From positions 9,473 to 73,472 of the forward strand of contig DGPL01000060.1 in assembly GCA_002390425.1 (NCBI GenBank): a stretch of 64,000 nucleotides of DNA, in the 5' to 3' direction. The notes beneath the pieces were generated by a model, which saw only the letters and a program-made list of their open reading frames with translations, ran no database searches and had not been told where the DNA came from. Of this stretch, positions 19,465-30,159 are shown piece after piece. Both the position numbers and the translations under genes were made by a program. The stretch comes from Kordiimonadaceae bacterium UBA4441. GTDB lineage: Bacteria; Pseudomonadota; Alphaproteobacteria; Sphingomonadales; Emcibacteraceae. Numbering within the stretch: the stretch's first letter is position 1; every line of letters begins with the position of its first letter.

Positions 19465-19642
19465 ATTGTTTTATATCCTTATTTTACGAAAATGCCGACA
19501 TATGACATCTCAAAGTCAGTCGGCTTTTAATTACAGGAAAGAGAGATACTAACCCAAAACTGTTAGAAATGCAACATCAAATTTTATTGTAAGTTATTGA
19601 TTTTAAAGGATAATTTTTATTTGTAAATTACTTCTTATTTTC

Positions 19643-19671
19643 TTGACGCCCTTAAATCGATTGATTATGTT
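19643..19671 (+). promoter_or_regulatory. Candidate sigma-70-type promoter upstream of carA (TTGACG-17 nt-TATGTT)
   Basis: TTGACG at 19643-19648, a 17-nt spacer, TATGTT at 19666-19671, about 80 nt upstream of the carA ATG. Sequence match only. Confidence 0.3.
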
Positions 19672-19752
19672 CCGGTCAATTTACGCATCGAATGGTCTAA
19701 TAAGAAAGTTTGATCGTAAAGAATATAACCCAACAATTTATATAAAGTCTTT

Positions 19753-20931
19753 ATGCCCATGACTGACACAGAAAACGCCCTTATCCCACCACACGAAAAT
19801 ATAACTGCCGTATTGGTGCTAGATGATGGATCTGTTTTTTGGGGATATGGTTTTGGTAAAGAAACCACAACCTTCGGAGAGGTATGCTTTAATACTTCCA
19901 TGACCGGTTATCAGGAAATTTTAACTGACCCATCTTACGCTGGACAAATTATTAATTTCACATTCCCCCATATAGGTAACGTTGGCACGAACGCAGAAGA
20001 TGAAGAAACCAAAACTTCTGCTGTCCGCGGTCTCGTTATTCGCCAAGATATAACAGAACCTTCTAACTTTCGCTCAGAACAGCATTTAAATGATTGGTGT
20101 CTTAAACAAAACCTCACCGGCATTGCCGGAATAGACACAAGAAAATTAACAAGATTTATCAGAAAAAATGGCGCTCCAAACGGCGTCATTTGTTTTAATA
20201 GCCAAGGTAAATTTGACTTTCCTGCTTTACAGGCTCAAGCAAATGAATGGCCCGGCCTTAACGGAATGGATCTTGCTATTAAAGTGACTTGTAATGATAC
20301 ATATGATTGGACCACCACAAGGTGGACCTTAGAAAATGGCTACGGTGAACTTAATAACCCTAAAGCTCATGTCGTTGCTGTTGATTATGGCATCAAACAT
20401 AACATTTTAAGATGCCTAGCGACAACAGGCGCCAAAGTTACAGTGGTATCAGCCACAACACCCGCCGAAGAGATTTTGAAACTTAACCCGGATGGTATCT
20501 TTTTATCAAATGGACCAGGTGATCCCGCAGCAACTGGTGAATACGCAATTCCGATCATTCAAAAATTGCTTGAAAGCGGTATTCCGCTATTCGGTATTTG
20601 TCTCGGACATCAAATGCTTGCCCTTGCTGTAGGTGCAAAAACCACAAAAATGCATCAAGGTCATCGTGGCGCAAACCACCCGGTAATGGATTTTAATACT
20701 AACAAGGTTGAAATCACCTCAATGAACCATGGTTTTATGGTTGATAAAGAGACATTACCAGAGGGTGTAAAATTAAGCCATATATCCCTTTTTGACCAGA
20801 CATGTTGTGGCATTGAGCTTGAAGGCAAACTAGCCTTCTCAGTACAGCACCATCCGGAAGCAAGCCCCGGACCTCAAGACAGCCACTATCTTTTTGACCG
20901 CTTTATGGAAATGATTTTAGAAAATGCCTAA
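19753..20931 (+). CDS. carA: Carbamoyl-phosphate synthase small (glutaminase) subunit
   Basis: 392 aa. Has the GICLGHQ catalytic Cys motif and the [12 protein letters not shown]-terminal motif. Confidence 0.95.
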   Translation: MPMTDTENALIPPHENITAVLVLDDGSVFWGYGFGKETTTFGEVCFNTSMTGYQEILTDPSYAGQIINFTFPHIGNVGTNAEDEETKTSAVRGLVIRQDITEPSNFRSEQHLNDWCLKQNLTGIAGIDTRKLTRFIRKNGAPNGVICFNSQGKFDFPALQAQANEWPGLNGMDLAIKVTCNDTYDWTTTRWTLENGYGELNNPKAHVVAVDYGIKHNILRCLATTGAKVTVVSATTPAEEILKLNPDGIFLSNGPGDPAATGEYAIPIIQKLLESGIPLFGICLGHQMLALAVGAKTTKMHQGHRGANHPVMDFNTNKVEITSMNHGFMVDKETLPEGVKLSHISLFDQTCCGIELEGKLAFSVQHHPEASPGPQDSHYLFDRFMEMILENA

Positions 20932-23900
20932 ACGTACAGATATAAATTCCATTCTTATTATTGGTGCAGGCCCGATCGTAATTGGTCAGGCTTGCGAATT
21001 CGATTATTCCGGCACACAAGCCTGTAAGGCTCTTCGTGAAGAAGGTTACCGTGTGATCCTGGTAAACAGCAACCCGGCAACGATCATGACAGACCCTGAT
21101 CTCGCCGACGCAACTTATGTAGAACCCATAACACCAGAGATGGTTGAAAAAATTATTATCAAAGAAAAACCTGATGCGATCTTGCCTACTATGGGCGGTC
21201 AAACAGGTCTTAATACTGCATTAGAACTTGATAAACATGGTATTCTTGAAAAATACAATGTGGAATTGATCGGTGCTAAAGTTGATGCCATCAATATGGC
21301 AGAAGATCGTCAACTTTTCAAAGATGCCATGAACAGACTAAATATCAACATGCCAAGAAGTCGTGTTGTGGGCTCAATTGAAGAAGCCCTTGATGCAATG
21401 GACTATATTAAACTTCCGATCATTATTCGCCCTAGCTTTACCATGGGTGGAAGCGGGGGCGGTATCGCTTATAATAAAGAAGAGTATATTGACATTGTAA
21501 AAGGAGGCTTAGACGCCTCACCAAGTTCAGAAATCTTGGTAGAACAGTCTATCTTAGGATGGAAAGAATTTGAAATGGAAGTGGTGCGAGACACCGCCGA
21601 TAATTGCATTATTATTTGTGCCATTGAAAATTTTGATCCAATGGGTATTCATACTGGTGATAGCATCACGGTGGCGCCTGCCTTGACATTGACGGATAAA
21701 GAATATCAAATTATGCGTAATGCATCGATTGCTGTTCTTCGTGAAATAGGCGTCGAAACAGGTGGCTCTAACGTGCAATTCGCCGTTAATCCTGAAGACG
21801 GGGAATTGATCATCATTGAAATGAACCCTCGTGTTAGTAGGTCTTCAGCGCTTGCCTCTAAAGCAACAGGCTTCCCCATCGCCAAAGTTGCCGCAAAACT
21901 TGCCGTAGGATATACTCTTGATGAACTTTCTAATGAGATCACGGGGGTAACCCCATCCTCTTTTGAGCCAACTATAGATTATGTGGTAACAAAAATTCCA
22001 CGTTTTACTTTTGAAAAATTCCCTGATGCAGCACCTACACTGACAACAGCCATGAAATCTGTTGGTGAAGCGATGTCCATAGGACGTAGTTTTCCAGAAA
22101 GCTTACAAAAAGCACTTAGATCTATGGAAACTGATCTAACCGGTCTCAACGAAATTGATGTGCCTGGATATGATCCTGAAATAGGTGATATTAATGCTGT
22201 AAGAGCTGCCCTTGCTGTCCCTTCTGCTGACAGGATACTTATTTTAGCGCAAGCCTTGCGCCTAGGATTAAGCACAGAAGAAATTCATTCAATTGCAAAA
22301 TATGACCCATGGTTCATAGAACAAGTAAGGTTAATTATTGATGCTGAACAAAATGTCCGCGAAAATGGCCTGCCAACTGATAAAAATGAATTTATCAATC
22401 TAAAATCTCTAGGGATGTCAGATGAGCGATTAGCCGAACTTTCGGGATTAAAAGAAAGTGAAGTTTTAGATAAACGATATGCACTTGGAATTAAACCATC
22501 TTATAAACGCATTGATACTTGTGCCGCTGAATTTGAATCACAAACACCATACCTTTATTCAAGCTATGAACGCGATGCAGCCGGCATTTCTGAATGTGAA
22601 GCGGAACCCACAAATGCCAAGAAAATTGTCATCTTAGGGGGCGGTCCGAACCGCATTGGGCAAGGTATCGAGTTTGATTACTGTTGTTGTCATGCCGCAT
22701 TTGCATTGAGCGATCAAAATTATGAAACGATTATGGTGAACTGTAACCCTGAAACGGTATCTACAGATTACGATACGTCAGACAGGTTATACTTTGAGCC
22801 GTTAACGGCTGAAAATGTAATTGACCTCATTCGACGCGAGCAAGAAAACGGAGAAGTTATTGGCGTGATAGTGCAGTTTGGTGGTCAAACGCCTCTCAAA
22901 CTTTCACACGCTTTAGAAGCTGCGAATATCCCAATACTTGGTACTTCACCAGACTCAATCGACCTTGCTGAGGATAGAGAAAGATTTCAAGAACTTGTCA
23001 ATCAATTAGATCTGAAGCAACCGGAAAATGGTCTGGCGACAGAAACCGATCAAGCAATTAAAATTGCAGAAGGCATTGGATATCCAATTTTAATCCGTCC
23101 TTCTTATGTACTTGGTGGGCGCGCGATGGAAATCGTCTACGACACTGTCTCACTTAAAAGATATATGAAAGAAGCCGTTAGTGTTTCTTGGGATAGCCCG
23201 GTTCTCATTGATAAATATTTAGGCGGTGCAACAGAAATTGATGTTGATGCCATATGTGACGGCGAGGATGTCCATATCGCCGCTATTATGCAACATATTG
23301 AAGAAGCTGGCGTTCATTCTGGAGATAGTGCCTGTTCCTTGCCGCCATATTCTTTAAAAGAAAGCGTGATAGAAGACCTGGAAGCGCAAACCAGAAAACT
23401 GGCTCTTGCACTAAATGTTGTAGGATTAATGAATGTCCAATTCGCGGTTAAGGACGATGTTGTTTACTTGATTGAAGTTAATCCTCGCGCAAGCCGAACA
23501 GTACCATTTGTTGCAAAAGCCATTGGCGCACCTGTTGCAAAAATAGCAGCACGTGTTATGGCGGGTGAAAAATTAAAAGATTTTGATATCCCTAGTTATA
23601 AAACTGATCATTTTGCAGTAAAAGAAGCGGTGCTTCCATTTAATCGTTTCCCTGGTGTTGATATTTTGCTTGGCCCTGAAATGCGCTCAACTGGTGAAGT
23701 CATAGGCCTTGATAAAGATTTTCCGCGTGCATTCCTTAAGTCACAAATAGCGGCAAACACTCATTTACCACTTGAAGGAAATGTCTTTATTTCTGTAAAA
23801 AATAAAGACAAAGTCAAAATGGTAACACCCGCTAAAGAATTAGTTGAAATGGGATATACCGTACTAGCAACGGGAGGAACCGCGGACTTCTTAAAAGAAA

Positions 23901-24163
23901 ATGGTGTTGAAGTGACGCGCATTAATAAGGTACTAGAAGGCCGCCCACACATAGTGGATGCCATTAAGAATGATGAAATTGATCTCATCTTCAATACGAC
24001 AGAAGGCGCGCAATCTATCAAAGATAGTTATGAGCTTAGAAGAACGGCTCTTCTAGACAGTATACCTTATTACACGACATCAAGAGGTGCAATTTCTGCC
24101 ATGGAAGCAATAAAAGTCTTGAAATCTTCAACGCTTGAAGTTAAACCCCTTCAGTCTTATTGA
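20924..24163 (+). CDS. carB: Carbamoyl-phosphate synthase large subunit
   Basis: 1079 aa. Duplicated ATP-grasp halves ([21 protein letters not shown]; [21 protein letters not shown]). Overlaps the carA stop. Confidence 0.97.
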   Translation: MPKRTDINSILIIGAGPIVIGQACEFDYSGTQACKALREEGYRVILVNSNPATIMTDPDLADATYVEPITPEMVEKIIIKEKPDAILPTMGGQTGLNTALELDKHGILEKYNVELIGAKVDAINMAEDRQLFKDAMNRLNINMPRSRVVGSIEEALDAMDYIKLPIIIRPSFTMGGSGGGIAYNKEEYIDIVKGGLDASPSSEILVEQSILGWKEFEMEVVRDTADNCIIICAIENFDPMGIHTGDSITVAPALTLTDKEYQIMRNASIAVLREIGVETGGSNVQFAVNPEDGELIIIEMNPRVSRSSALASKATGFPIAKVAAKLAVGYTLDELSNEITGVTPSSFEPTIDYVVTKIPRFTFEKFPDAAPTLTTAMKSVGEAMSIGRSFPESLQKALRSMETDLTGLNEIDVPGYDPEIGDINAVRAALAVPSADRILILAQALRLGLSTEEIHSIAKYDPWFIEQVRLIIDAEQNVRENGLPTDKNEFINLKSLGMSDERLAELSGLKESEVLDKRYALGIKPSYKRIDTCAAEFESQTPYLYSSYERDAAGISECEAEPTNAKKIVILGGGPNRIGQGIEFDYCCCHAAFALSDQNYETIMVNCNPETVSTDYDTSDRLYFEPLTAENVIDLIRREQENGEVIGVIVQFGGQTPLKLSHALEAANIPILGTSPDSIDLAEDRERFQELVNQLDLKQPENGLATETDQAIKIAEGIGYPILIRPSYVLGGRAMEIVYDTVSLKRYMKEAVSVSWDSPVLIDKYLGGATEIDVDAICDGEDVHIAAIMQHIEEAGVHSGDSACSLPPYSLKESVIEDLEAQTRKLALALNVVGLMNVQFAVKDDVVYLIEVNPRASRTVPFVAKAIGAPVAKIAARVMAGEKLKDFDIPSYKTDHFAVKEAVLPFNRFPGVDILLGPEMRSTGEVIGLDKDFPRAFLKSQIAANTHLPLEGNVFISVKNKDKVKMVTPAKELVEMGYTVLATGGTADFLKENGVEVTRINKVLEGRPHIVDAIKNDEIDLIFNTTEGAQSIKDSYELRRTALLDSIPYYTTSRGAISAMEAIKVLKSSTLEVKPLQSY

Positions 24164-24266
24164 TGAATTATTGAAATTTTAACAAAAAAAGATTTACAAT
24201 CTACATTTGTATCAGGCGATCAAATGTGCCAATATTTTTTTGTTAAATAAAATATGAGATTTTAAA

Positions 24267-24740
24267 ATGGTAGAAAAAGTTCCAATGACTGCTGGCGGCC
24301 ATACAAGCCTCGAAGAAGAACTTAAAAACTTAAAGCATGTTAAAAGACCTGCAGTAATTAAAGCGATTGAAGAAGCACGCGCACATGGCGATCTTTCTGA
24401 AAACGCCGAATATCATGCCGCGAAAGAGCAACAGGGCATGATTGAAGGCCGCATTCAAATGATCGAAGATAAGCTTAGTCGCGCTGAAGTGATCGACCCA
24501 AAAGACTTGTCTGGTGATCGTGTCGTATTCGCATCAACCGTAACGATTGCCGATGAAGATGATGCCGAATCAACATATAAAATTGTTGGCGTCGATGAAG
24601 CTGACGTCGCATCAGGTAAAATTTCATTCAGCTCACCAATTGGTCGCGCCCTCATAGGGCGTAACATCGGCGACGAGGTTGAAGTAAAAACCCCACGTGG
24701 TGAAACATATTATGAGATTGTAAAAATTGAATTTATATAA
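24267..24740 (+). CDS. greA: Transcription elongation factor GreA
   Basis: 157 aa. LEEELKNLK...[30 protein letters not shown] coiled-coil signature. Confidence 0.95.
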   Translation: MVEKVPMTAGGHTSLEEELKNLKHVKRPAVIKAIEEARAHGDLSENAEYHAAKEQQGMIEGRIQMIEDKLSRAEVIDPKDLSGDRVVFASTVTIADEDDAESTYKIVGVDEADVASGKISFSSPIGRALIGRNIGDEVEVKTPRGETYYEIVKIEFI

Positions 24741-24765
24741 TTCGTTTCATTACGACTATTTTTTT

Positions 24766-24792
24766 AAAAAGCCGCTTTTATGCGGCTTTTTT
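24766..24792. terminator. Bidirectional intrinsic terminator between greA and the Lrp-family gene
   Basis: AAAAAGCCGC-TTTTAT-GCGGCTTTTTT: a 7-bp GC-rich stem flanked by an A-run and a T-run. Confidence 0.7.
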
Positions 24793-25285
24793 ATTTTTCA
24801 ACGAATACCGCATCCGGAGTAAATGGAATACCTGGACGGTTTTTACCACATCTTATTGTTAAAGACGTTTTTACACTCGCAACATTGGGGGCGGGTGTAA
24901 GGTGCGTCGTAAGGAATGTTTGAAAATGATTTAAATCACGTGCGACGATTTTCAAGATAAAATCGATTTCACCATTTAACATATGTGCCTCACGAACCAT
25001 AGGCCATTCACCGACCATTTCTTCAAAGGATTTAAGATCATTTTCGGCCTGACTATGAAGGCCGACCATAGCAAAAACTACAAGATCATATCCAAGAGCT
25101 TTAGCATTTAAGTTTGCATGATATCCATGAATGTAACCTGCTTTTTCAAGAGCACGGACCCTACGCAAACAAGGAGGGGCAGTAATACCCACACGTTCAG
25201 CCAATTGTACATTGGTAACACGGCCCTCTTCTTGCAAAACTTTTAATATTTCCATATCAATATCATCTAGTTTGAACTGAGGCAT
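24791..25285 (-). CDS. Lrp/AsnC-family transcriptional regulator
   Basis: 164 aa. LDDIDMEILKVLQEEGRVTNVQLAERVGITAPPCLRRVRALEKAGYI HTH followed by a RAM/ligand domain. Confidence 0.9.
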   Translation of the reverse strand: MPQFKLDDIDMEILKVLQEEGRVTNVQLAERVGITAPPCLRRVRALEKAGYIHGYHANLNAKALGYDLVVFAMVGLHSQAENDLKSFEEMVGEWPMVREAHMLNGEIDFILKIVARDLNHFQTFLTTHLTPAPNVASVKTSLTIRCGKNRPGIPFTPDAVFVEK

Positions 25286-25475
25286 TCATAAATATCCATG
25301 TAATTAAAGTCGCTTACAATGAAATAAAATTTCAATAATGAGCAAGATTATATCATATTATTAAATAATTTCATAATATTATTAGAATTTATAATAGTTA
25401 TTACCAAATAGGACTTTTTTTCCAAATCCCGTTTCTTTCACTGGATATGCAACTAAATAAAGGCTATATTTATTT

Positions 25476-25994
25476 TTGGATGTAAGAAAATATTATGAGG
25501 GTTTTGGACAAATGGTGCCGAATAAAGCACAATTTGACGATCGTATTAGGAATTTAATGGCTTTGGCTGAAGATAATTCAACCGAAAGCCGAACGTTATT
25601 ATTCTCTCATATTTGCGATTTATTTCTTCAAGAACGACCTATAGAATCTGATAATCAGGTTCGTATGCTTATTGAAAGCATCATTGATAACGCTATGAAA
25701 TTTACACCAAATGGCGGTAAAATTATTGTCGGGCTTCGGCCAGACCAAAACGGAAACTGTGTCATAAGCTGTAAAGATAAAGGTAAAGGAATGACGCCAC
25801 AAGAAGTCACCAAAGCGTTCAGCGATGACACCCAGTTAGATGATATTTATTCTGACCCCTCTACGGGTATTGGATTTGGTATTTCATACGTGCAAAAATT
25901 AATAGAAAAACATGATGGTAGTCTTTCGATCATTAGCGCCCCCGGTGAAGGGACATGCCTTAATTTAAACCTTCCAAAAAGTCGGCTCGTATGA
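25476..25994 (+). CDS. Stand-alone HATPase_c (histidine-kinase ATPase) domain protein lacking a DHp/H-box
   Basis: N box IIDNAMKFTPNGG, G1 DKGKGM and G2 GIGFGISYVQKLIEKHDG are present, with no H-box upstream. The listed start is TTG; the ATG at 25512 is more likely. Confidence 0.6.
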   Translation: MDVRKYYEGFGQMVPNKAQFDDRIRNLMALAEDNSTESRTLLFSHICDLFLQERPIESDNQVRMLIESIIDNAMKFTPNGGKIIVGLRPDQNGNCVISCKDKGKGMTPQEVTKAFSDDTQLDDIYSDPSTGIGFGISYVQKLIEKHDGSLSIISAPGEGTCLNLNLPKSRLV

Positions 25995-26019
25995 ACCTAA
26001 AAATGATTAGGGGTTATAC

Positions 26020-26811
26020 ATGATTGTTAAACAGCTATACGCCGATAACCGATTAAGAAACTTTCATTATCTTATCGCTTGTGAAAAAAGCCGTGAAGCC
26101 ATGGTCATTGACCCGCTAGATGTAGATCGCTGCCTTGACGCTGCAAAAAAAAATAATTTTAAAATCACAACCATACTAAATACGCATGATCATTGGGATC
26201 ATATTGGCGGAAATGAAGAAATTAGAGAAAAAACGGGCGCCACGCTTTTTTCACATACCGGTGCAATGGGAAAAATACCTAATGTTGACAAAGGTTTAAA
26301 TGCCGGTGATCAATTAAAAATAGGCAGTTCCGTTTCTTTCAAAGTTTTAGACACGCCAGGTCATACCGATAGTCACATATGCTTATTATCAGACGAAAAA
26401 ACACCTTCTTTATTTTGCGGTGACACTATGTTTAACGCCGGCGTTGGTCATTGTAAACTCGGTGGAAATCCAGATGATCTTTTTAATACATTTGATCAAC
26501 AACTTTCAAAATTACCTAATGAGACAAAAATATATCCCGGTCATGATTATATCATTAATAATCTTGAGTTTACTTTAGACCGTGAACCCAATAATGAATC
26601 CGCAAAAAGCTATTTAAAAAATTTGGAAAAACAAAGTCCTCATGATGCATTTATTTCCACAATGAAAGACGAAAGAAATATTAATAGCTTTCTCAGATTA
26701 AAAAATCCTGCCATTATTAGCGAACTTAGAAAGTCATTTCCCGACCTGCCGGAAAACCCTTCCGAAAAGGAAGTTTTTATAGCCTTAAGGGAATTGAGAA
26801 ATAATTGGTAA
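26020..26811 (+). CDS. gloB: Hydroxyacylglutathione hydrolase (glyoxalase II), MBL fold
   Basis: 263 aa. THDHWDHIGG metal motif, a TPGHT motif and a PGHDY motif. Confidence 0.8.
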   Translation: MIVKQLYADNRLRNFHYLIACEKSREAMVIDPLDVDRCLDAAKKNNFKITTILNTHDHWDHIGGNEEIREKTGATLFSHTGAMGKIPNVDKGLNAGDQLKIGSSVSFKVLDTPGHTDSHICLLSDEKTPSLFCGDTMFNAGVGHCKLGGNPDDLFNTFDQQLSKLPNETKIYPGHDYIINNLEFTLDREPNNESAKSYLKNLEKQSPHDAFISTMKDERNINSFLRLKNPAIISELRKSFPDLPENPSEKEVFIALRELRNNW

Positions 26812-26840
26812 AATTGGACAATTATCTAAAGGATAAGAAA

Positions 26841-27140
26841 ATGAGCCTTGAAAACAATACAAAACTGATCATAGAAAAAACGGCCGGTGTTACGGATTTA
26901 AATAAAAAAGTAAAATTTGACCTTACTGACGAGGGAATAATTCATATTGATGCAACAGTAACCCCGCCATCCGTATCCAATAATGATCTAGATGCAGATG
27001 TGACGTTTGTATTATCTCAGGAAAATTTTGAAGGACTAATTGATGGATCTTTAAATCCACAAATGGCGTTCATGATGGGAAAGTTTAAAATTGAAGGCGA
27101 TATGGGCCTCGCTTTAAAGCTTGCCGACATATTCGAATAA
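26841..27140 (+). CDS. SCP2 sterol-binding-domain protein
   Basis: GLIDGSLNPQMAFMMGKFKIEGDMGLALKL is the typical SCP2 C-terminus. ATG at 26841 is preceded by AAGGA; the listed ORF starts at 26805. Confidence 0.7.
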   Translation: MSLENNTKLIIEKTAGVTDLNKKVKFDLTDEGIIHIDATVTPPSVSNNDLDADVTFVLSQENFEGLIDGSLNPQMAFMMGKFKIEGDMGLALKLADIFE

Positions 27141-27194
27141 CGATATAAGGTTTCGTAATTTATTCTCTGTATTTATTAATAAGGAAGGACCATC

Positions 27195-27773
27195 ATGGAC
27201 CTCAATAAATTAGGATTGCATATCCACGAAATTAGAAACCAATTTACGTATGTTGAAATTGGTGTTGGATTATTAAATCAATCCCTCGAAAAAGGTAGCG
27301 TACCGGGTGTCTTTTATGCTCTACAATCTATTTTCCAATCTGCTTCACAAGTATCGCGTACTCTCTGGGCTCCTCGTAAAAAAGGCCGTTCGCGTTCTGA
27401 TGAAATACGTAAATTTCTAGGCATTCCAGATGATCACCCTTTAAACAATAAAGATATTCAAACTCTTTTTGATTTTAGTGATGAAGCCAACGAAGAGTGG
27501 ATCAAGAAAACTGCTGGAAAATATATTCTAATGGATTATGTCGGTGATCTAGGCGCAAGTGATCATAAAGACGTAGAAATTGAAAATGTATTTAGGTCAT
27601 TTGATACCAAAAGGAAGATTTATGTTTACCGTGGTGTTGGCTTTCAACTTGAAAATGTTATGACCACACTAAAAAGCATTAGTGATGCTGTGAATAAGGC
27701 ACATTACCATCTTTTCCCAGAACAGTGGGTTGAGCCACCAGAAGGTGAAGACGACGACGCTGATTATAAATAA
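27195..27773 (+). CDS. Hypothetical protein (no family recognised), acidic C-terminus
   Basis: 192-aa ORF preceded by AAGGAAGGA. No motif recognised. Confidence 0.5.
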   Translation: MDLNKLGLHIHEIRNQFTYVEIGVGLLNQSLEKGSVPGVFYALQSIFQSASQVSRTLWAPRKKGRSRSDEIRKFLGIPDDHPLNNKDIQTLFDFSDEANEEWIKKTAGKYILMDYVGDLGASDHKDVEIENVFRSFDTKRKIYVYRGVGFQLENVMTTLKSISDAVNKAHYHLFPEQWVEPPEGEDDDADYK

Positions 27774-27820
27774 GCGCGGTTGGATAAACGTTTAAGAGCA
27801 GGGCTATAGGCTCTGCTTTT

Positions 27821-28117
27821 TTATTTGAAAGTCGAGATCGAATTCATAATTGTTATGCCCGCACGACCTATAATAAACATCGATGAATAAACAACTATCA
27901 AGTCCCAACTTTTAACCTCATAGCCATTATTGACAATACCTCCCAAGGCAAGCAACAGCAAAAACAGGCCTAGATACTGCGCGACAGTCAATATAAATTT
28001 CACACTCTTTCTGATACGTTTTTCACGCGACGACATTGGTTTGACTTCTTTAATGCCGCGCTTACGGTCCGCTACTCTTTGTCGGAGCGGTTTACGAACT
28101 TGATGATCTTTTTTCAT
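27821..28117 (-). CDS. Small membrane protein with basic N-terminus, hypothetical
   Basis: 98 aa. Lys/Arg-rich N-terminal half followed by two hydrophobic helices. Confidence 0.45.
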   Translation of the reverse strand: MKKDHQVRKPLRQRVADRKRGIKEVKPMSSREKRIRKSVKFILTVAQYLGLFLLLLALGGIVNNGYEVKSWDLIVVYSSMFIIGRAGITIMNSISTFK

Positions 28118-28227
28118 ACTTTTTCCTCAATACGCACTTTAGATTAAAGAATTACCAAATATACTTTTCTATTTATAAAAATCAGAGTATAGAAAGTTCA
28201 ATAACAATATTCAAATAGGATATTACA

Positions 28228-28407
28228 ATGTCATCATATAATGTCACATTAAAATCTGATCTTAAACACGGCACCTTCTATTGGGTCACTCAAGTAAATG
28301 CAGCAAGTGAAGAAGAGGCAGTAACCGCTGCGGAACATCTATTCCTTGAGCAACTAAACGGCTCGGAAGAATGGGATTTTTCAGACTATGATGCTGAGAA
28401 ATTATAA
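28228..28407 (+). CDS. Unlisted 59-aa acidic ORF (MSSYNVTLKSDLKHGTFYWVTQVNAASEEEAVTAAEHLFLEQLNGSEEWDFSDYDAEKL)
   Basis: ATG at 28228, TAA at 28405-28407. It is below the 60-aa cutoff of the supplied track. Its 3' end overlaps the convergent lipoprotein gene by 22 nt. No family recognised. Confidence 0.3.
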   Translation: MSSYNVTLKSDLKHGTFYWVTQVNAASEEEAVTAAEHLFLEQLNGSEEWDFSDYDAEKL

Positions 28408-29033
28408 CGCGCTTTTTTCTTATCCGGATACCAAGGGCCACTCCATTCATTGGCTGGAATAATTTCCGCTCGCGCACCATTTTGATGGAACCATGAATCA
28501 ACCACAAAGTGCCCGCTACCACCAATATTTTTTTCAAGCCCAATTTCATGGATTGTGGCGGTGCTATGTGGATAACTTAAGTCATTGAAATTACGTCTTA
28601 AATGTTGCCCTAAAGTATGTAATTTAATAATACCGTCTTGCCTTAATAAAAATAAATAACTTGTTGTATTAAACGCCTCATCAATACAGTCCATTTGCCC
28701 CTTAGTACTAAAATTGAGCACAACGGCGCGTGCTTTATCATTATCGGTACCTGTTTTAGGGCCGATAAATTGTTCAATTTGCGCAATTGCTAATGAAATT
28801 CTTTGTCGTTCTTCTTTAGGAGATTCGGGAGCCGGTATAAAAATGTCCTTCACTTTTTGCCACTCTTGATCCGTTAATCCGGTTTTCTGGTATGTTTTGC
28901 AACCATACCCTGAACATACACCAAACCTTTTATGGCTTTTCAAGTCCTCCGCATGCCCAACCAATTTCTCATTGGATGTTGATGCGCACCCCATCAAAGT
29001 GATTGATATAATAAAACTTAGTATTTTCTGCAT
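28386..29033 (-). CDS. Lipoprotein, hypothetical
   Basis: 215 aa. Lipobox ITLMGC after a signal peptide. Conserved-looking Cys/His/Asp positions (GQMDCIDEA, HSTATIHE, VVDSW). Confidence 0.6.
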   Translation of the reverse strand: MQKILSFIISITLMGCASTSNEKLVGHAEDLKSHKRFGVCSGYGCKTYQKTGLTDQEWQKVKDIFIPAPESPKEERQRISLAIAQIEQFIGPKTGTDNDKARAVVLNFSTKGQMDCIDEAFNTTSYLFLLRQDGIIKLHTLGQHLRRNFNDLSYPHSTATIHEIGLEKNIGGSGHFVVDSWFHQNGARAEIIPANEWSGPWYPDKKKARYNFSAS

Positions 29034-29055
29034 ACTTACCTGGTCAAAAATTTAT

Positions 29056-29093
29056 AAAAAAAAGCCGCCACTCAAATTAGAGGACGGCTTTTT
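29056..29093. terminator. Bidirectional terminator between the lipoprotein gene region and rpsU
   Basis: AAAAAAAAGCCGCC-loop-GGACGGCTTTTT: an imperfect GC stem flanked by an A-run and a T-run. Confidence 0.5.
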
Positions 29094-29115
29094 AATTCAA
29101 AAGAACGTTAAAAGC

Positions 29116-29322
29116 TTAAACAGCGCCGTCGCGTTCGAGACGTTTACGGTCAAGTTTACGGGACCTACGAACTGCTGCTGCATTCTCACGAGCCTTCTTT
29201 TCAGATGGCTTTTCGTAAAAACGTCGCATTTTCATTTCGCGGTATACCCCTTCGCGCTGAAGTTTTTTCTTCAAAGCACGTAGAGCTTGATCAACGTTAT
29301 TATCGCGGACAATAACCTGCAT
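29116..29322 (-). CDS. rpsU: 30S ribosomal protein S21
   Basis: [43 protein letters not shown] is canonical S21. The listed ORF starts 4 codons earlier at a GTG. Confidence 0.92.
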   Translation of the reverse strand: MQVIVRDNNVDQALRALKKKLQREGVYREMKMRRFYEKPSEKKARENAAAVRRSRKLDRKRLERDGAV

Positions 29323-29499
29323 GGTTACAGTCACACTCCTTTCTAGTTTGTGTTATTCAAAAAAACATTTGTCTTTAAGAACGGGCTTTCTAACAAAAAC
29401 TAGAGGATAAGTGAAGTCTTTTGTCAATTTTACACGTTTATAAGAGTTTTTTGACCCTTTTTGCTTTACCAATATGAATTTCATAGCCATATATAGGAT

Positions 29500-30159
29500 A
29501 TGACTAGTAAAAAAACTGAAAAAACACCTGATGATTATCGTGAGTCGTTATTAGACGCCGTTATGCCACATATTGCGTTTGATGGCTGGACCAAAAAATC
29601 TTTAAATCTTGCCGCAAATGACATCGGCATTGATCCAAGGGTCGTGGATCTCGCCTTCCCCAATGGGGCAATCGATATGATTGCTCTTTATGCGCAGCAA
29701 TGCGACATTCAGATGCTAGAAGTGATTAAAGACAGCAGTTTTGAAAAACTTAAAATACGTGAGAAAATCACAACGTTAGTCAGAACGCGCATTGAATTAG
29801 AACAAGAAAATAAAGAAGCTTGTAACCGAACTGTTCCTTTCCTTGCGCTACCGCAAAATTACTTTCAAGGATTGAAAATTTTATACCATACCGTTGATCT
29901 TATGTGGAAAGCCATTTCAGATACATCCACAGATTTCAATTATTATACAAAACGAATGACTTTGTCGGCTGTTTACAGCAGTACATTTTTATATTGGCTT
30001 GGTGTTGAAAGCGAAGATCATAATGATACTTGGGAATTTCTTGATCGACGTATCGAAAACGTGATGCAAATTGAAAAAGTAAAAGCCAAATACCGTGACA
30101 AACAACCTGACCTAGCGGGTATTTGGCGAGCTCTCGGTAAAAAAAGATACGGTAGTTAA
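29500..30159 (+). CDS. COQ9-family protein (the alphaproteobacterial rpsU-divergently-transcribed protein)
   Basis: 219 aa, divergent from rpsU. Sequence and length fit the COQ9 family. Confidence 0.75.
   Translation: MTSKKTEKTPDDYRESLLDAVMPHIAFDGWTKKSLNLAANDIGIDPRVVDLAFPNGAIDMIALYAQQCDIQMLEVIKDSSFEKLKIREKITTLVRTRIELEQENKEACNRTVPFLALPQNYFQGLKILYHTVDLMWKAISDTSTDFNYYTKRMTLSAVYSSTFLYWLGVESEDHNDTWEFLDRRIENVMQIEKVKAKYRDKQPDLAGIWRALGKKRYGS

Noticed and set aside
19665-19901. 78-aa minus-strand ORF across the carA start.
   Set aside because: It lies antisense to the carA promoter and 5' coding region and has no support.
28286-28549. 87-aa minus-strand ORF.
   Set aside because: It overlaps the lipoprotein gene in another frame, and also the 59-aa + strand ORF. 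It has no features of its own.
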